From: Phycisphaeraceae bacterium
GTDB taxonomy: Bacteria; Planctomycetota; Phycisphaerae; Phycisphaerales; Phycisphaeraceae
Direction: 5' to 3'
Assembly (NCBI GenBank): GCA_965230275.1
Contig: CBDDKO010000002.1
Span: 1,541,294-1,605,293, forward strand
DNA: 64,000 bases
The notes under the pieces were generated by a model. The model did no database searches. It was not told the DNA's origin and saw only the letters and a program-made list of their open reading frames with translations. Shown piece by piece: positions 61,568 to 64,000 of the stretch. Each line of letters opens with the position of its first letter. The first letter of the stretch is position 1. The position numbers and the translations under genes are program-made.

Positions 61568-62956
61568 TCAGTTCTTTTCTTGTAGTTCGCCGATCACCTG
61601 ATCGAGCACGGCGAGCATGAAGTCGGCGTCGTCCTTGCTGATGCACATCGGCGGCTTGATGCGCAGGGTGTTCCCGAACAGCCCGCCCTTGCCGATGATC
61701 AGGCCCAGGTCGCGGCAGCGTTCCATGGCGTCGGCGGCCTGGGCGCTGGCGGGGGTTTTGGTCTTGCGGTCGGTGACCAGTTCCAGGCCGAGCATCAGGC
61801 CCATCCCGCGCACCTCGCCGATCATGGCGTGCTTGTCCTGCATCGCTTCGAGGCCCTGCTTGATGTACGAACCGATCTTGTCAGCGTTCTCCTGGATACC
61901 CTCTTCATCGATCACCTCAAGGGTCGCCAGGCCCTGGGTCATGCTGACGGGGTTGCCGCCGAAGGTATTGAAGTGGATCTTGTTGGCCATGTTTTTAGAG
62001 ATGTCGGCGGTGGTTGTCATCGCGCCGAGGGGCGCGCCATTGCCGATGCCCTTGGCCATCGTGATCATGTCGGGCTTAACGCCGAAGTTTTGGTGTGACC
62101 AGTAGTGCTTGCCGGTTCGGCCGAACCCGCCCTGCACTTCGTCGGCGATGCACAGCCCGCCGTGCTGGCGGACGATGTCGTAGACCACCTGGAAGAACTC
62201 CTTAGGCGGCACGACCGTCCCGCCCACACCCTGGATCGGCTCGCCGATGAAGCACGCGATCTCGCCGTTGGTCTGGTACTGGATCACGTTCTTGATGTCG
62301 TGGGCGCACTTCAGGTCGCACGAAGGGTACTCGAGGCCGTACGGGCACCGGTAGCAGTAGCCGGGGTGGGTGTGGTGGACGTGGAGGCTGGGGTTCTGCT
62401 TAAACTTCCAGGTGCCGTGCGCGGTGAGCCCCATGGGGACGCTGGTCCCGCCGTGATAGCCGTTGCGCTGCGCGATGACGTCCATGTTGCCGGTGTGCTC
62501 ACGGCAACTGAGGATCGCGACCTCGTTGGCTTCGCTGCCGGAGTTAGTGAAGTACGACTTATCCAGCGGCGAGCCGTCCGGCGCATCGGGCATCTTGGAG
62601 GCGAGCTTCTCGGCGAACTGCGCGATGTTGGGGTGCAGGTAGATCGTCGTGGTGTGCTGCAGGGTGTCGTTCTGCTTGCGGACCTTGTCGATGATCTTGG
62701 GGTGGCAGTGCCCGACACTGACGGTGACGATCCCAGCGAAGGCGTCGAGGTAGCGCGTGCCCTTCTCGTCCCAGAGGTACTGCATGTGCCCCTCGACGAT
62801 CATCATGGGCTGCTTGTAATACGTCAGCACACCGGGGGAGACGTACTGCGAGCGCAGCGCGACAACCTCATCGTGTGACGGGCCGGTGTACGGCGTGGGC
62901 TTGTGGTCGCAAACGGGCAGGCTGATTGTCTTGGCTTGTGATTCGGTCGTTGCCAT
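61568..62956 (-). CDS. Class-III (omega) aminotransferase, AGXT2 / beta-alanine-pyruvate transaminase-like
   Basis: 462 aa. ...YLDAFAGIVTVSVGHCHP...FTNSGSEANE...IADEVQGGFGRTG...DMITMAKGIGNG (PLP-Lys in AKG) gives the AT-III signature. The context is pyrimidine reductive catabolism. Confidence 0.85.
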   Translation of the reverse strand: MATTESQAKTISLPVCDHKPTPYTGPSHDEVVALRSQYVSPGVLTYYKQPMMIVEGHMQYLWDEKGTRYLDAFAGIVTVSVGHCHPKIIDKVRKQNDTLQHTTTIYLHPNIAQFAEKLASKMPDAPDGSPLDKSYFTNSGSEANEVAILSCREHTGNMDVIAQRNGYHGGTSVPMGLTAHGTWKFKQNPSLHVHHTHPGYCYRCPYGLEYPSCDLKCAHDIKNVIQYQTNGEIACFIGEPIQGVGGTVVPPKEFFQVVYDIVRQHGGLCIADEVQGGFGRTGKHYWSHQNFGVKPDMITMAKGIGNGAPLGAMTTTADISKNMANKIHFNTFGGNPVSMTQGLATLEVIDEEGIQENADKIGSYIKQGLEAMQDKHAMIGEVRGMGLMLGLELVTDRKTKTPASAQAADAMERCRDLGLIIGKGGLFGNTLRIKPPMCISKDDADFMLAVLDQVIGELQEKN

Positions 62957-63004
62957 CGCTGATTCCTTTACATCCTCAAAATCTCTCGAAACTATTCTAC
63001 CGCC

Positions 63005-64000
63005 CTACCTGTTATTCCCTTCATCAACCGCGCCGGCTTCCGGCACAAGCGTGCCCGGAGGCTCCACGGTCGACTCGCTCAACCCTCGCTCCGCCGCCGT
63101 ACCGGGGATCAAATTATCCAGCAGCAGCCCAAAGATCGCCGCTACCGCCATCCCCGTTGAGCCTATCGCCACGACCACCCCCGCCACATCAGCTGTCATC
63201 GTCGCCTCGACCGCTTCCTTGCCCCCCGCGTACTTGAAGTAGAACGGCAGGCTGATCCCCATGAACAAGATGAACCCCCCGATGAACAGGTTCCGGTCCG
63301 AGTTCAGGTCCGCCTTGGCGAACTGCCGAACGCCCACCGCCGCGATTAGCCCGAACAACGCGCAATACAACCCACCGACCACCGGCTGCGGGATCGCCGC
63401 CGCGAAACCGCCGAACTTCCCGAAGAAACCCAGCAGCACGAGTATCACCGCGCCGATCTGCACCACGTAACGCGAGCCCACCTTGGTAAGCCCGATCAGC
63501 CCGATATTCTCCGAGTAGCTCGTTGACGAGAAGCCACCAAGCATCCCCGTGATCGCGCAAGCCACGCCCTCGAAACCGATACCCCGCGAGATCTCCGTCT
63601 GCGTCGGATCGCCGCCGCCAGCCATCTGCTTGCATGCGTGGTAATCACCGAAAGACTCGATCATCGACGCCAGATAACCCGCCAGCACCGCGATGACCGC
63701 GCCCACACTCAGTTCGGCAAGCCCGGGCACGCCCCACGGGAACATAAGCGTGTCCGTCCGTACCCACGGCAGCATCTGCACCGCCGACAAGTTTACGTGC
63801 GCTTTGTCATCTTCCCCGATCACACCAACCAGGCCCAGCACGTAACAGGCCGACACCATCGTCACGATCGCCAAGAGCATCGGGAACAGCTTGAACAGCC
63901 GCACGCTCCGAGACAACACCAGCGCAAACAGGATGATCAGCACGATCGTCGCGCTGGACACGTACCAGTTACTCGCCGCCACCGGCGCGCCCGCGTCGTA
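63005..64000 (-). CDS. Nucleobase:cation symporter-2 (NCS2, uracil/xanthine permease) family transporter; N-terminus lies beyond window end
   Basis: The frame is open from 64000 down to the stop at 63005. The track starts at an internal GTG at 63982, and upstream codons read YDAGAPV with no stop. Multiple TM helices are present, and ...FSSTSYSENIGLIGLTKVGSRYVV... matches the NCS2 signature region. Confidence 0.85.
   Translation of the reverse strand, partial: YDAGAPVAASNWYVSSATIVLIILFALVLSRSVRLFKLFPMLLAIVTMVSACYVLGLVGVIGEDDKAHVNLSAVQMLPWVRTDTLMFPWGVPGLAELSVGAVIAVLAGYLASMIESFGDYHACKQMAGGGDPTQTEISRGIGFEGVACAITGMLGGFSSTSYSENIGLIGLTKVGSRYVVQIGAVILVLLGFFGKFGGFAAAIPQPVVGGLYCALFGLIAAVGVRQFAKADLNSDRNLFIGGFILFMGISLPFYFKYAGGKEAVEATMTADVAGVVVAIGSTGMAVAAIFGLLLDNLIPGTAAERGLSESTVEPPGTLVPEAGAVDEGNNR

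Overview
This 64 kb window is a high-GC bacterial chromosome segment (about 60-68% G+C judged by eye, not computed). It carries Planctomycetota-type hallmarks, which is an inference: three prepilin-type N-terminal / H-X9-DG (DUF1559-like) proteins, several PEP-CTERM anchored proteins and dockerin-like repeats. There are four blocks. (i) 1-8.3 kb is a heavy-metal efflux locus on the minus strand. It has a small His/Cys-rich protein, a TolC-like OMP, an adaptor with a His/Cys-rich N-terminal extension, a CzcA/CusA-type RND pump and a COG0701-type permease, and it ends at a transposase remnant. (ii) About 8.3-28.1 kb is a visibly lower-GC (about 40-50% by eye) mosaic genomic island. It holds an XRE regulator, small zinc-ribbon proteins, an excisionase-like gene plus tyrosine integrase, and a large serine recombinase. 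It also holds a dcm/vsr module whose operon encodes a dual-GHKL histidine-kinase-like ATPase and a receiver-HEPN protein. The right part carries an orphan RHS C-terminal peptidoglycan-hydrolase toxin with a lipoprotein immunity gene, a frameshifted IS481-like element, and 19-bp direct repeats that look like a tRNA 3' end. (iii) 28.2-47.9 kb is a beta-glucan (laminarin-type) utilisation locus. It has a 1161-aa GH94/149/161-like protein, two LacI paralogues, a clan GH-A hydrolase, three GH16 paralogues, three DUF1559 proteins, PEP-CTERM/dockerin proteins and a YghZ-type aldo-keto reductase. (iv) 48-64 kb holds an ECF sigma/anti-sigma pair, purB, nadA, a large permease, lptB, rluB, pdxH and a reductive pyrimidine catabolism cluster. 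That cluster is interrupted by a RAYT transposase flanked by inverted REP hairpins. The best candidate for an undescribed system is the translationally coupled dcm -> dual-GHKL/HK-like ATPase -> REC-HEPN operon with convergent vsr (16.5-21.9 kb). It reads as a two-component-style, methylation-linked defence cassette. Other notable signals are intergenic G-tract heptad arrays, a G10 tract that could fuse the ECF sigma factor to its anti-sigma factor, and the REPtron. All functional calls rest on motif recognition by eye; no database search was run.
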